Shown one piece after another: positions 47,514-56,794 of a stretch of DNA of 64,000 nt. This stretch comes from a virus. Numbering within the stretch: the stretch's first letter is position 1; each line of letters starts with the position of its first letter. The stretch covers positions 103,510-167,509 of IMG/VR virus record IMGVR_UViG_2716884767_000001. The stretch is one strand, 5' to 3'. The notes below the pieces were generated by a model. It had not been told where the DNA came from. It searched no databases and was given only the letters and a program-made list of their open reading frames with translations. Both the position numbers and the translations under genes were made by a program.

Positions 47514-47891
47514 TTAACTATTTAGCTGCATTTTTCCAAATGGCAGTTCTCTTACATCAGATAACTCATATGAGTTGACTTCATATAGTTGTCCAACCAG
47601 TTCATTGTATGTATAATTACGATATTGACCCACATGAAGATTGATACCACGAAAACCCCATTCAAATACATCGGTCACTGCGACTAATGGATTCGAATCG
47701 TATTGAATGTTGGGAGTTTTGGCACTGTAAACAAATACATAATATCTTCCGACACTTGGAGATGATGTTGCTGTTGTACTTAAATTATCCATCAACTCAA
47801 TCATGATATCATCAGCTTCTTCCGTGCCAATAAGACCATAGACTACAGATCTCACACGATTTTCTTTATCATCGGTGGGATAACTATTCAT
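47514..47891 (-). CDS. Short gp2 (DNA end protector)-like protein
   Basis: YYVFVYSAKT, YDSNPLV, GFRGINLH; position next to gp4. Confidence 0.55.
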   Translation of the reverse strand: MNSYPTDDKENRVRSVVYGLIGTEEADDIMIELMDNLSTTATSSPSVGRYYVFVYSAKTPNIQYDSNPLVAVTDVFEWGFRGINLHVGQYRNYTYNELVGQLYEVNSYELSDVRELPFGKMQLNS

Positions 47892-48328
47892 TTCTTGATT
47901 CCTAATTCATCTTCAGTTAATACTTTAAACTCCCACATTCGATCCTTACAAAACTCCTCTGCTGCTTTCCACTTTGCCTGATTTTTTGCATATTCATAGA
48001 CTTCGTAGATATATCCCTTCGTTTTTTTCTTTTTCATCTTCGGTTCGACTGTCTGTTTCTTAGGTTTGATTTCAATAATGTATCTTTTTATTTTACCATT
48101 AGATTCTTTGACTTTAATATAAAAGTCAGGAAAATAACGATGAACTTTATTATCAATGGGTGATCGGTAAGGTAATACAATCTCTTCACTTCCCCATTCA
48201 AGTATTTTCTTTTGATTATCACAATAAACCATGAATTTTCTTTCCCAAAGTGATCGATATATTATGTTAGATGAATCACCTTTGTATTTTTTTGGATTCG
48301 ATGGTCTATATCTACCTTTATATGACAT
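47888..48328 (-). CDS. gp4: Head completion nuclease
   Basis: YRSLWERKFM, WGSEE, RYFPDFY, IEIKP, NQAKW. Confidence 0.92.
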   Translation of the reverse strand: MSYKGRYRPSNPKKYKGDSSNIIYRSLWERKFMVYCDNQKKILEWGSEEIVLPYRSPIDNKVHRYFPDFYIKVKESNGKIKRYIIEIKPKKQTVEPKMKKKKTKGYIYEVYEYAKNQAKWKAAEEFCKDRMWEFKVLTEDELGIKK

Positions 48329-48364
48329 CTAAATAGATAGTAAGACAAAATATAAAGTATTTAG
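48329..48364. promoter_or_regulatory. Back-to-back late promoter pair
   Basis: CTAAATA on + (48329-48335) and TATTTAG (48358-48364; CTAAATA on -) between divergent genes. Confidence 0.6.
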
Positions 48365-49036
48365 ATGGTTCGTCCAAAGAAAATAGCTGATATCAAACCA
48401 ATACTGACTAATGTAGCTCAAACATCTCATTATCAGGTGTTCTTTGATGGTCTATCAAGAGACCTATTTCAGTTTCTTGGTACAAAGGGGGTAAATAGAA
48501 GATTTATAACGGAGAACGCTGGATTATTATGTAATCAAGCATCAATACCAGGTAGTTCTCTTGCAACAACTGATATATTTGGTAATTTTACTGGTGTACA
48601 AGAAAAATTCGCACATACAAGAATATTTACAGAGCTATCACTTGATTTCTATGTTGATAAAGATTACAAAATGATAAAGTTTTTTGAACACTGGATAGAT
48701 TACGTTGCAACTGGATCAGAAAAGTCACCAACATCACCTTTAAAGAAAACTGACTTGGGATATTTTTATCGAATGAGATATCCAAGAGGTACGGCAGGTT
48801 ATAAATGTGACAAGACAAAAATTATAAAGTTTAATGTTGATTATCGTTCAGAGATAGAATATACTTTCTTTGGGTTGTTCCCAATTAATTTTTCTTCTAC
48901 TCCCGTTCAGTATGGTAGTTCTGATGTGCTGAGAACTAATGTAACGTTCAGTTATGAGAGATATATTGCAGGAGAAGAAACAAGTCTTTCTTTTAATAGA
49001 AAGAAGAGTGAGAACATTGAAAAGGCAAGAGTCTAA
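48365..49036 (+). CDS. Tail-tube-fold baseplate protein (gp54/gp19-like)
   Basis: LSLDFYVD, FFEHWID, FFGLFP..FSS..V.Y, VTFSYE. Confidence 0.6.
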   Translation: MVRPKKIADIKPILTNVAQTSHYQVFFDGLSRDLFQFLGTKGVNRRFITENAGLLCNQASIPGSSLATTDIFGNFTGVQEKFAHTRIFTELSLDFYVDKDYKMIKFFEHWIDYVATGSEKSPTSPLKKTDLGYFYRMRYPRGTAGYKCDKTKIIKFNVDYRSEIEYTFFGLFPINFSSTPVQYGSSDVLRTNVTFSYERYIAGEETSLSFNRKKSENIEKARV

Positions 49037-49118
49037 ACCAAAATTGACTTTTAATTTCAAAAATCGGGGAAAAAAAATTCCCCAAAATTTTTAGTCTGTC
49101 AGGATTTCAAAAAAGTCC

Positions 49119-49126
49119 TATAAATA
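49119..49126 (+). promoter_or_regulatory. T4-type late promoter
   Basis: TATAAATA 25 nt before gp26. Confidence 0.8.
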
Positions 49127-49151
49127 AAACTACTGAAGTGCTATAAACATT

Positions 49152-49871
49152 ATGCCATTACCAAAAATTGCAACACCGACATATGAGTTGGTTTTACCTT
49201 CTTCTGATCGAAAAATAAAATATCGACCATTTTTAGTTAAAGAGGAGAAGATATTGATTATTGCAATGGAATCTGAAGATCAGAAACAGATAACGAATGC
49301 AATTAAAAGTGTAATTAATAATTGTATATTATCAAGAGGAATTAAGGTTGATAAATTATCTACTTTTGATATTGAATATCTCTTTTTAAATATAAGGGGA
49401 AAATCTGTTGGTGAGAATGTCGAAGTTCTCATTACATGTCCTGATGATGAAAAAACACAAGTTCCTGTGATGATTCCACTTGATGAAATTAAAGTTCAAA
49501 AACATCCTGATCATAACAAAGATATAAAATTAGATGATAATTTAGTATTAAGAATGAAATATCCTTCTTTATCAGAATTTATAAAAAGTAATTTTGATTT
49601 AACTGGTAATATTGGAGTTGAGGAGTCATTTGATTTAATTATCTCATGTATTGATCAAATATACAATGAAGAAGAATCTTGGACATCTGCGGATTGTACA
49701 AAAAAGGAAATGGTTGAGTTTTTGGATCAATTAAATTCAAAACAATTTAAAGAGATTGAAAATTTCTTTGATACCATGCCTAAATTGTCTCATACCGTTA
49801 AAGTGACGAATCCAGAGACAAAGGTAAAAAGTGATATCGTTTTAGAAGGGTTATCGTCTTTTTTCGAGTAG
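49152..49871 (+). CDS. gp26: Baseplate hub assembly protein
   Basis: MPLPKIATPTY, KYRPFLVKEEKIL, DIEYLFL.IRGKSVGE, FFDTMPKL. Confidence 0.9.
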   Translation: MPLPKIATPTYELVLPSSDRKIKYRPFLVKEEKILIIAMESEDQKQITNAIKSVINNCILSRGIKVDKLSTFDIEYLFLNIRGKSVGENVEVLITCPDDEKTQVPVMIPLDEIKVQKHPDHNKDIKLDDNLVLRMKYPSLSEFIKSNFDLTGNIGVEESFDLIISCIDQIYNEEESWTSADCTKKEMVEFLDQLNSKQFKEIENFFDTMPKLSHTVKVTNPETKVKSDIVLEGLSSFFE

Positions 49872-49900
49872 GTATGGCTCATGCGAGTTTAGAGTCATAC
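49859..49900 (+). other. Predicted -1 programmed ribosomal frameshift signal
   Basis: T TTT TTC heptamer (49859-49865), 6-nt spacer, 9-bp hairpin GTATGGCTC/GAGTCATAC. Confidence 0.65.
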
Positions 49901-50053
49901 TATAAGATTAACTTTGCTTTGATGCAGCACCATAAATATTCATTAACAGAGATTGAAAACATGATACCATGGGAAAAAGATGTGTATATTGCTCTTTTAG
50001 AACAATATATTGAAGAAGAAAACTTAAAACAAAGACAACAAGGTAATGGATAA
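49874..50053 (+). CDS. gp51: Baseplate hub assembly catalyst (short form, 59 aa; probably also expressed as a gp26 fusion)
   Basis: Hand-translated MAHASLESYYKINFALMQHHKYSLTEIENMIPWEKDVYIALL... Confidence 0.85.
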   Translation: MAHASLESYYKINFALMQHHKYSLTEIENMIPWEKDVYIALLEQYIEEENLKQRQQGNG

Positions 50054-51395
50054 CTCTCCAGCATATGAAAATTTTAGTAATAAGATGACTTCAATGCGAG
50101 GTGGTGTTGGTGGTAGCCCTATTTTAAAGAGAAGAAAGATAAATGCAAATAAAGTTTTTAATAGAGAAGGGTCAGATCCTCTTGTCAAGCAAATAGAAAA
50201 AAACTCAAGAGAGATAGTTTTATTAAAAAACGTCGTTATATTAAATACTAATCGAGTTTCTCAGATATTAGTAAATGACGCTGAGAGAGAAAAGTCAATA
50301 CAAAGAGAAGCACAAAGAAAACAGATATTAAAAGATGAAAAAGACAAATCTAAAAAGAAGGAGGGATTATTAGAAGGTGTTGGTAAATCAATAAGTAAAA
50401 CTCTACTTAAACCTGTAGAGGCAGTTGGTAAAACTGTGAAGGGTGTATTAGGTCGATTATCTGATGCTTTTATGGCACTCTTTGCTGGATTTATAGCAAA
50501 TAAGGGAATTAAAATGATTCAGGCACTAATGTCTGGTGATACTGAAACATTTAAAAAGATGAGAAATACAATAATTAAGTCAGTCGCAGTGGTTGGTGGT
50601 ATATTTCTTGCTTTAAATGGTGGTCTGTTGGCATTGCCTGGCATTATATCTGGTGTGGTAAGTGCTGTTATTTCTATTGGTGGTGCGATACTGGGATTTC
50701 TGGCAAGTCCAGCAGGATTGATTGCACTTGGATTAGCAGCTGGAGTTGGTGTTTTATTTGCCATGAAAAAAGGTATTGATGCTGGAAGAGATTATGCAAC
50801 TGGTGGTGCAGCATTTACAGAAAAACATGATGTTTTGGATCAAAGACTAATAGATGCTGGTATGACATTAAAAGGTGAAGTTCTTACTGGTAACACACAA
50901 CAAAAAAGAGCTGGAAAAGGTCCAAAAGGTAAAAGAAGTGCAGAACAGGAAAAAATATTTCAAGAAGTTCAAGCACAACGTAAGGTTTTAAATGATAGTC
51001 ATACGAAAATGGATGCAGAGGTTAAGCAAGCACAGGAAAATGCCGAACCTGATTCATACATAATGAAAAGAGTTGGAAAGAAAAGAATAAGAGTCCCTGT
51101 TGTTAGCCAAAAGAGAAAAAATGAGATAAAAAATGAAATTGAATCAAAATATTACAATCGTCTCAGAGGTGTAACAACATCTCCTAATATAAACTCAGTT
51201 CCTAAAAAAGTAAGTGTCTCCACACTTAATGAAGCACCTCCAAATATTGTGGATGCAACTACGAATGTAGGTGGTGGTTCAGTTGGAACGTCTGGTAGTG
51301 GAAATCTAGCATCTTCAGTTCCAAATATATCTGCATCAAATTCTGATAATAATTTCACATTATACTCACAAACTCAATACAATATTTTAGTATAA
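50046..51395 (+). CDS. Tape-measure/baseplate hub-like protein
   Basis: Helical, with a central Gly/Ala hydrophobic stretch; directly follows gp26/gp51. Confidence 0.5.
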   Translation: MDNSPAYENFSNKMTSMRGGVGGSPILKRRKINANKVFNREGSDPLVKQIEKNSREIVLLKNVVILNTNRVSQILVNDAEREKSIQREAQRKQILKDEKDKSKKKEGLLEGVGKSISKTLLKPVEAVGKTVKGVLGRLSDAFMALFAGFIANKGIKMIQALMSGDTETFKKMRNTIIKSVAVVGGIFLALNGGLLALPGIISGVVSAVISIGGAILGFLASPAGLIALGLAAGVGVLFAMKKGIDAGRDYATGGAAFTEKHDVLDQRLIDAGMTLKGEVLTGNTQQKRAGKGPKGKRSAEQEKIFQEVQAQRKVLNDSHTKMDAEVKQAQENAEPDSYIMKRVGKKRIRVPVVSQKRKNEIKNEIESKYYNRLRGVTTSPNINSVPKKVSVSTLNEAPPNIVDATTNVGGGSVGTSGSGNLASSVPNISASNSDNNFTLYSQTQYNILV

Positions 51396-51396
51396 T

Positions 51397-52557
51397 ATGG
51401 CAGCATCAGCAGTTTTACAAATCGGAGCAAAAATAGCATCAAAGTCTGCAGGTGCAATGAAGGGTGTCGCTAAAAGTAGTAAGAGATTGACAAAATCTGT
51501 ACAAAAAAATATTAAAATTAAGAAAAGACTGAGAGCTACTTCTGAAAGATTTCAAAAATTTAGAGAGGAAAGAAAAAAAAGACAGGAAAGGGAATCTCTT
51601 TTAGAACAAGAAAAATCTCAAAAAAAGGGAGAGGGTCAAAAAACAAAAGGAACTTCTGGAAAAGGACCATTAGAAAGATTAATGTCACTCATTCAAATAC
51701 TTTTGGTTGGATTTGTGCTTAATAAATTACCTCAGATTATTGATTTTATCAAAAAAGTAATTAAAGTAATTCGTGATATTGTAGATAAATTTAAAGCATT
51801 TTTTGATGGTGTGATTGGATTTTTTAAATCTATTGGTAAGGTTATTGGAAAAGCTTTCGATGTTATATCAAACTTAAATTTTAATGATATTGGAGATAAA
51901 ATTAAGGGAGCATTTGGAAAACTAAAAGATGCATTTACTAATATAAAAGATAAACTTTTAGATGGTGTTAAGAGTTTTCTTGGATTAAAGAAGAAAAAAG
52001 TAAAAAAAGAAATAAATCGAGAGTTAACAGATAAAGATTTAAAGGATAAAGAACTTAAATCAAGTGTCAGTGATGTTCAAAAAACTATGGCATCAAAATC
52101 TGATGAATTTAATGATACAATAAAAACAATTGAAAAGGCAGGAACAGGTGTTGATATTGTCGGACCTGAAAATTCTAATTTAACTGAGCAAGTTCAATCA
52201 ACCATCACTAAAGAAAGTGATGGAAAACCTACAAGTTTAAAAATGGAGGGATCTTCTATCGGTAAATCAGGTAGTGGTAAGTTTACTATTGTAAGAGAGG
52301 ATGGATCCACAACAACTGACTTTAGGGAGATTAAAGCAGCAAAAGAGGCATATCAGTTAAATATAAGTAAACCTAAAAAAACAGTGAGCACGACCACAAT
52401 CACACCAGAGAGGAAATCTAAAAATACTGTAATGATTGTTGGAAACAAAGGTGGTCAGTCTCAATCACAAGGAGGAATGAGATCTAAAGGTAAAACTAAG
52501 ATTGTAGTTCAAAAAGATAACAGTATTAAAGATCAATTCGCCTTATCTCTATTTTAA
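51397..52557 (+). CDS. Second tape-measure-like protein
   Basis: Lys-rich helical regions with a hydrophobic segment; baseplate operon. Confidence 0.45.
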   Translation: MAASAVLQIGAKIASKSAGAMKGVAKSSKRLTKSVQKNIKIKKRLRATSERFQKFREERKKRQERESLLEQEKSQKKGEGQKTKGTSGKGPLERLMSLIQILLVGFVLNKLPQIIDFIKKVIKVIRDIVDKFKAFFDGVIGFFKSIGKVIGKAFDVISNLNFNDIGDKIKGAFGKLKDAFTNIKDKLLDGVKSFLGLKKKKVKKEINRELTDKDLKDKELKSSVSDVQKTMASKSDEFNDTIKTIEKAGTGVDIVGPENSNLTEQVQSTITKESDGKPTSLKMEGSSIGKSGSGKFTIVREDGSTTTDFREIKAAKEAYQLNISKPKKTVSTTTITPERKSKNTVMIVGNKGGQSQSQGGMRSKGKTKIVVQKDNSIKDQFALSLF

Positions 52558-52560
52558 CAT

Positions 52561-53901
52561 ATGTCAGCATCAGAAGCATCCAGTTTTGAAGAACTCATAC
52601 TTGAGTCAAATGATCAAGAAAGAACAGTTGATTTGAGATCAGGTGTTGTCAGTATTGATTATTATGAGGATATTCTCTCACCTACTGTGACTGCAAAAAT
52701 AAGAGTCATAAACACAGGTGATAGTATTTCACCCAAAGATACTATTGATCCAAAGAAAACGGATGGTGCAAAACAATCAATTTATAATGGACTTCCTCTA
52801 AGGGGTGGTGAGAGATTGTCGATGAAAATTATAGATCAAGGAGAAACACAAGCAGGATCAGAAAAAACTGGACTTGATTTTTCATCAGATCCTAAAAAAT
52901 ATTTGTTTGTATCAAGTATTACCCAAGTTCTTCAAGAAGAACAGAGAGAAAGTTTTTTACTTAATTTAGTATCAAGAGAGGCAATCACAAACGAAACTAC
53001 TAGAGTGATGAAAAGATACAATGGAACAATTAGTAATTCTGTAAATAAAATATTGAAAGATGTTTTAGTGGTAGATGAATCTAGATATACTGTGGAAAAT
53101 ACAAGAGGATCTTATAATTTTGTTGGTAATCTTAGAAAACCTTTTTCAACATTAATATCATTAGCATCTAAATCAGTTCCTGATGTTTCAAAAAATGCGA
53201 CAGCTGGATTTGTATTTTTTCAAACTCAAGATGGATTTAAATTTGCATCTATTGATTCTCTTATTAAAGAAAAGTCAAAGGCAACATATACCTACACAGA
53301 TGTAAATGAAAGTTCAATAACTCGAAATAATGATTATAAAATTCTACAGTACAGTGTAGACAAGAATCAAAATCTAATCGAAAATTTAAGAATGGGAACT
53401 TATTCATTTGTTAGATTGGCATTTAACCCTTTAACTTTTGTTTTTTCACAGACAAAATATAATTATGGGGCAAAAGAGGGTATAAAAAATCTTGGTAGAG
53501 ATTTAGAGTTACCTAAAATATCTGATGATGCAACTCAGACATTAGATCAACTTCCGACAAGAGTTGTATCTCAAATTGTTGATGTTGGTGCAACAGTAGG
53601 TGTGTCTACCGATACTAATTATTCTCCTGAAGAATATCAAGGACAAAATATTGTCAGATATAATTTACTAATGACACAAAGTTTAAGTATGACTGTTCCC
53701 TGCAATACCGACTTAAGAGCTGGAGATGTTATAACTTGTAGATTTCCTAAAATATCAAGAGAGGATTCTATTGAATTTGATCAAGAAACGGGTGGTAAAT
53801 ATTTGATAAAAGAATTATGTCATCATTTTGAGGCAAAAAGATCATTTACTTCTATGACATTAGTGAGAGATACATTTGGATTGACTGGAGAAGAATCATG
53901 A
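52561..53901 (+). CDS. Baseplate hub protein (gp27/gpD-like)
   Basis: IDYYEDILSP, FVFFQTQDGFKF, VPCNTDLRAGD, GKYLIKELCH; precedes gp5. Confidence 0.65.
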   Translation: MSASEASSFEELILESNDQERTVDLRSGVVSIDYYEDILSPTVTAKIRVINTGDSISPKDTIDPKKTDGAKQSIYNGLPLRGGERLSMKIIDQGETQAGSEKTGLDFSSDPKKYLFVSSITQVLQEEQRESFLLNLVSREAITNETTRVMKRYNGTISNSVNKILKDVLVVDESRYTVENTRGSYNFVGNLRKPFSTLISLASKSVPDVSKNATAGFVFFQTQDGFKFASIDSLIKEKSKATYTYTDVNESSITRNNDYKILQYSVDKNQNLIENLRMGTYSFVRLAFNPLTFVFSQTKYNYGAKEGIKNLGRDLELPKISDDATQTLDQLPTRVVSQIVDVGATVGVSTDTNYSPEEYQGQNIVRYNLLMTQSLSMTVPCNTDLRAGDVITCRFPKISREDSIEFDQETGGKYLIKELCHHFEAKRSFTSMTLVRDTFGLTGEES

Positions 53902-56190
53902 TAGACGAATCATTACTTAAAACTAATTTTGTAGGAAAGGATGGTTTCCGTTGGTGGGTGGGACAAATTGCACCATCAGCAGCACAAGGGGAACAACTTG
54001 CACCAAAAAAAGGAAGTAAAACATGGGGTAATCGATTAAAGGTTCGTATCATGGGATATCATCCTTTTTCAAAAGCAGATTTGCCTGATGAAGATTTACC
54101 ATGGGCTAATGTTATGCTCCCCTCTACATCAGGAACGGGAGGAGCAAATTTTGCAACATCTATCGAACTAAGACCAGGTGATGTTGTAATTGGATTTTTC
54201 CTTGATGGTGAAACCGCACAACAACCTATGATATTAGGATCTTTTGCAAGAACAAAAGGTATTGGAAAGGATCTACCCTCAGAATCAATTGGATTTATAC
54301 CATTTACTGGATATAATGATAATATATCAGTTGTAAGTGGTACATTGAAAGAGGATGAATCTGGTGGCACAGACCCAGATTCACAAGAATCTCCTGTCAC
54401 ACGAAAAGTAGGTAAAGGTGAAAATAAAATATCAGCATCATCTACTTTTGGAAAATCAGAAATACCTGCTGATGCTTGTGCTGATAATTTTATAGGAAAA
54501 GTATCCGCAAGTCTGGATAATTTACTATCAGTTGCGAGTGAGAGCACAGATTTTTTATCTGATGTTGCGAACGTAACTAAAAAAAATACAAAATTTATCA
54601 AATAGTGCAGTGTCAACAATGATGGAATCTTTGTATTCAGGTATGATTCCTGAACTTCAGGGAGGATTGGATTCATTGTATAATAAAGTATATGGAACTG
54701 TATTTGCAGCCACCCAAAATAGTGGTCTTGCAAAAATTGCAGGTATTGAAGCACAAAAAGCACAAGTATCAAAAGTGAAATCACTTCAAGATGATCTTAA
54801 CTGTTTGAGTGGTAAAGTCGTTAATGGATTGGGACAAACAATTCGAGATATGATTACATCAGCTGTTTTTGAAGTGGTGGATACTGGAACATGTATTACT
54901 GAACAATTAGCTGGTTCACTATTAAATGGAATCACAAATGACATATCATCGGCTCTTGATGCACCACTTGAGGGATTGAGTGATATTGTTCCAAAAAGTT
55001 TTAAAGTTCAGGATTTTCTTCGAAGTAGTTCTGACGTATTTAAATCGATTGGTGGAGTATTAGATTGTAATCAAAGTGATGGTAAATGTGTTGGTCAAGT
55101 CAAAAAATTTACTCTTGGATACGGTGCTGCTAGAACATTCGATTTACAGGATGCTTATGATAATGTTTTAAAAAATATGAATATCGCAGATACACTTGGT
55201 GCCGACAGTGGTCCTTTAACAAAACCAGATTGTGCGACTAAAACTTTTTGCGGACCTCCTACTGTCAGTTTCTTTGGTGGTGATGGTATTGGTGGATTGG
55301 GTCGAGTTATATTGGGTGGTATCGTAGATAATACGGAAGGATTATCTGATGTTACTGCGGACGTGAGTCGAACTGCAAGTATTATTGGTGTTGAGATTAC
55401 AGATCCAGGTTCAACATACTTCACGACTCCTCCTGTTGTAAGTTTTGAAGATCCATGTAGACAAGGATATGGTGCACTTGGAAGAGCTATTATTGATTAT
55501 GATCCAAATTCAAATACTTATGGTCAGATTATCGGTGTAGATATGATTTCTGATGGAGAAAATTATCCGAGTGCGAATACTGATGATGTTATAAATTCTG
55601 ACGAAACTCCTGTTGGTGTTATTGGAACTAAAGTAGTAGATGGTGGGCAAGGATATATTGATGCGTTTGCAGATGGATATAATTTGATCATTGACAACGG
55701 TGTAATCATATCTGCGACTCCAATAAATAATGTTAGAATTACTGAAATACCTAAAATTGTTGTGTCTTCATCCACAGGTATCGGTGCACTTATCAAACCA
55801 ATAATAGGTAGATTACCTCTTACTCCACAAGGCGATATAATTCAAGTTATAGATTGTGTAGGACCAGAAACTAATCAAATTGTGGGATATGTAAACGGTA
55901 AACCATATTACGGTCCTTATCATTTCCACCCTGAAACTGGTGAAAAAATGGTAGGTGTAGTTCATACTTCAGTGCCACATGAAATAATTTATGACACACC
56001 AGAGCAAAGTTTCACACCATCTGTTATAGGTGTCGCATCAACTACCACACAAGTAGACACTACAACGGATCAACCAACTATAACTCCAACATCAACCATG
56101 ACAAATAATACATCAACGACTCCACCACCAAGCACTCCACCACCAAGCACTCCTCCATCAGGTGGTGGTGGATATGGAGGTGGTTACTAA
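53898..56190 (+). CDS. gp5: Baseplate central spike gp5-like protein, interrupted by a 1-nt frameshift in an A8 run (54579-54586)
   Basis: OB-fold motifs RWWVGQ, RLKVRIMGYH, LPWA, VIGFFLDGE.AQQP.ILG; removing one A joins 53898-54605 with 54610-56190 into about 763 aa. Confidence 0.8.
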
Positions 56191-56786
56191 TGGCAGAAAA
56201 ATCAAATCAAAATTGGGAAGCGAGAAGGATTGATAGTAAAGGTCCTAAGTTTCGACTTGATGTGAATAATCCACAGATGGGATCTGATGGTCCAAATACA
56301 TATTTACAATATGCTGTTACAGATAATAAGGACAAACAGTTTTCTGCTTTAAGTGAATCTGGAGTTTATCGACTTCATAATGAAAGAACAATTGAGGTGG
56401 TTGCAGGATCTAAGAATAGTGGAAGTGATACTTCTGTTAAAATTAGTTCAGTTGAGGGAGATATTACAATAACCGTGATGGGTAATGGTCAGGTAAAAAT
56501 TGCTGGAGGAAGTGTAATTGTTCAGGCAGACGAAGATATTGATTTAAAAGCTGGTCGAAACATAACTTTAAATGCTGCATCAACAGTGACTTTGAAAGGA
56601 ACGAAAGTTCAAGCAAAAGGTCTTATTGGTAATTTGATTGAGAAAACTGCTGGTGGTTTTTTACAGAGAGTATTTAAAGGTAGTTATGTTGGTGAGGATT
56701 ATCTTAAAAATCCTCCTGCAGGTGATAAATTTATATCTGGACCAGTTGTTTCTGGAACTGGAGATATACCAGATTTAGGTAGATAA
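56190..56786 (+). CDS. gp5 C-terminal-like beta-helix spike protein
   Basis: Short strand repeats (GDITITVMGNGQVKIAGGSVIVQADEDIDLKAGRNITLNA). Confidence 0.6.
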   Translation: MAEKSNQNWEARRIDSKGPKFRLDVNNPQMGSDGPNTYLQYAVTDNKDKQFSALSESGVYRLHNERTIEVVAGSKNSGSDTSVKISSVEGDITITVMGNGQVKIAGGSVIVQADEDIDLKAGRNITLNAASTVTLKGTKVQAKGLIGNLIEKTAGGFLQRVFKGSYVGEDYLKNPPAGDKFISGPVVSGTGDIPDLGR

Positions 56787-56794
56787 CATAAATT

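Noticed and set aside
54059-54784. 241-aa antisense ORF, and other minus-strand ORFs over long genes (e.g. 28561-28971, 33439-33843, 46882-47286, 21728-22072)
   Set aside because: Shadow frames of real genes, with no RBS, promoter or recognisable motifs.
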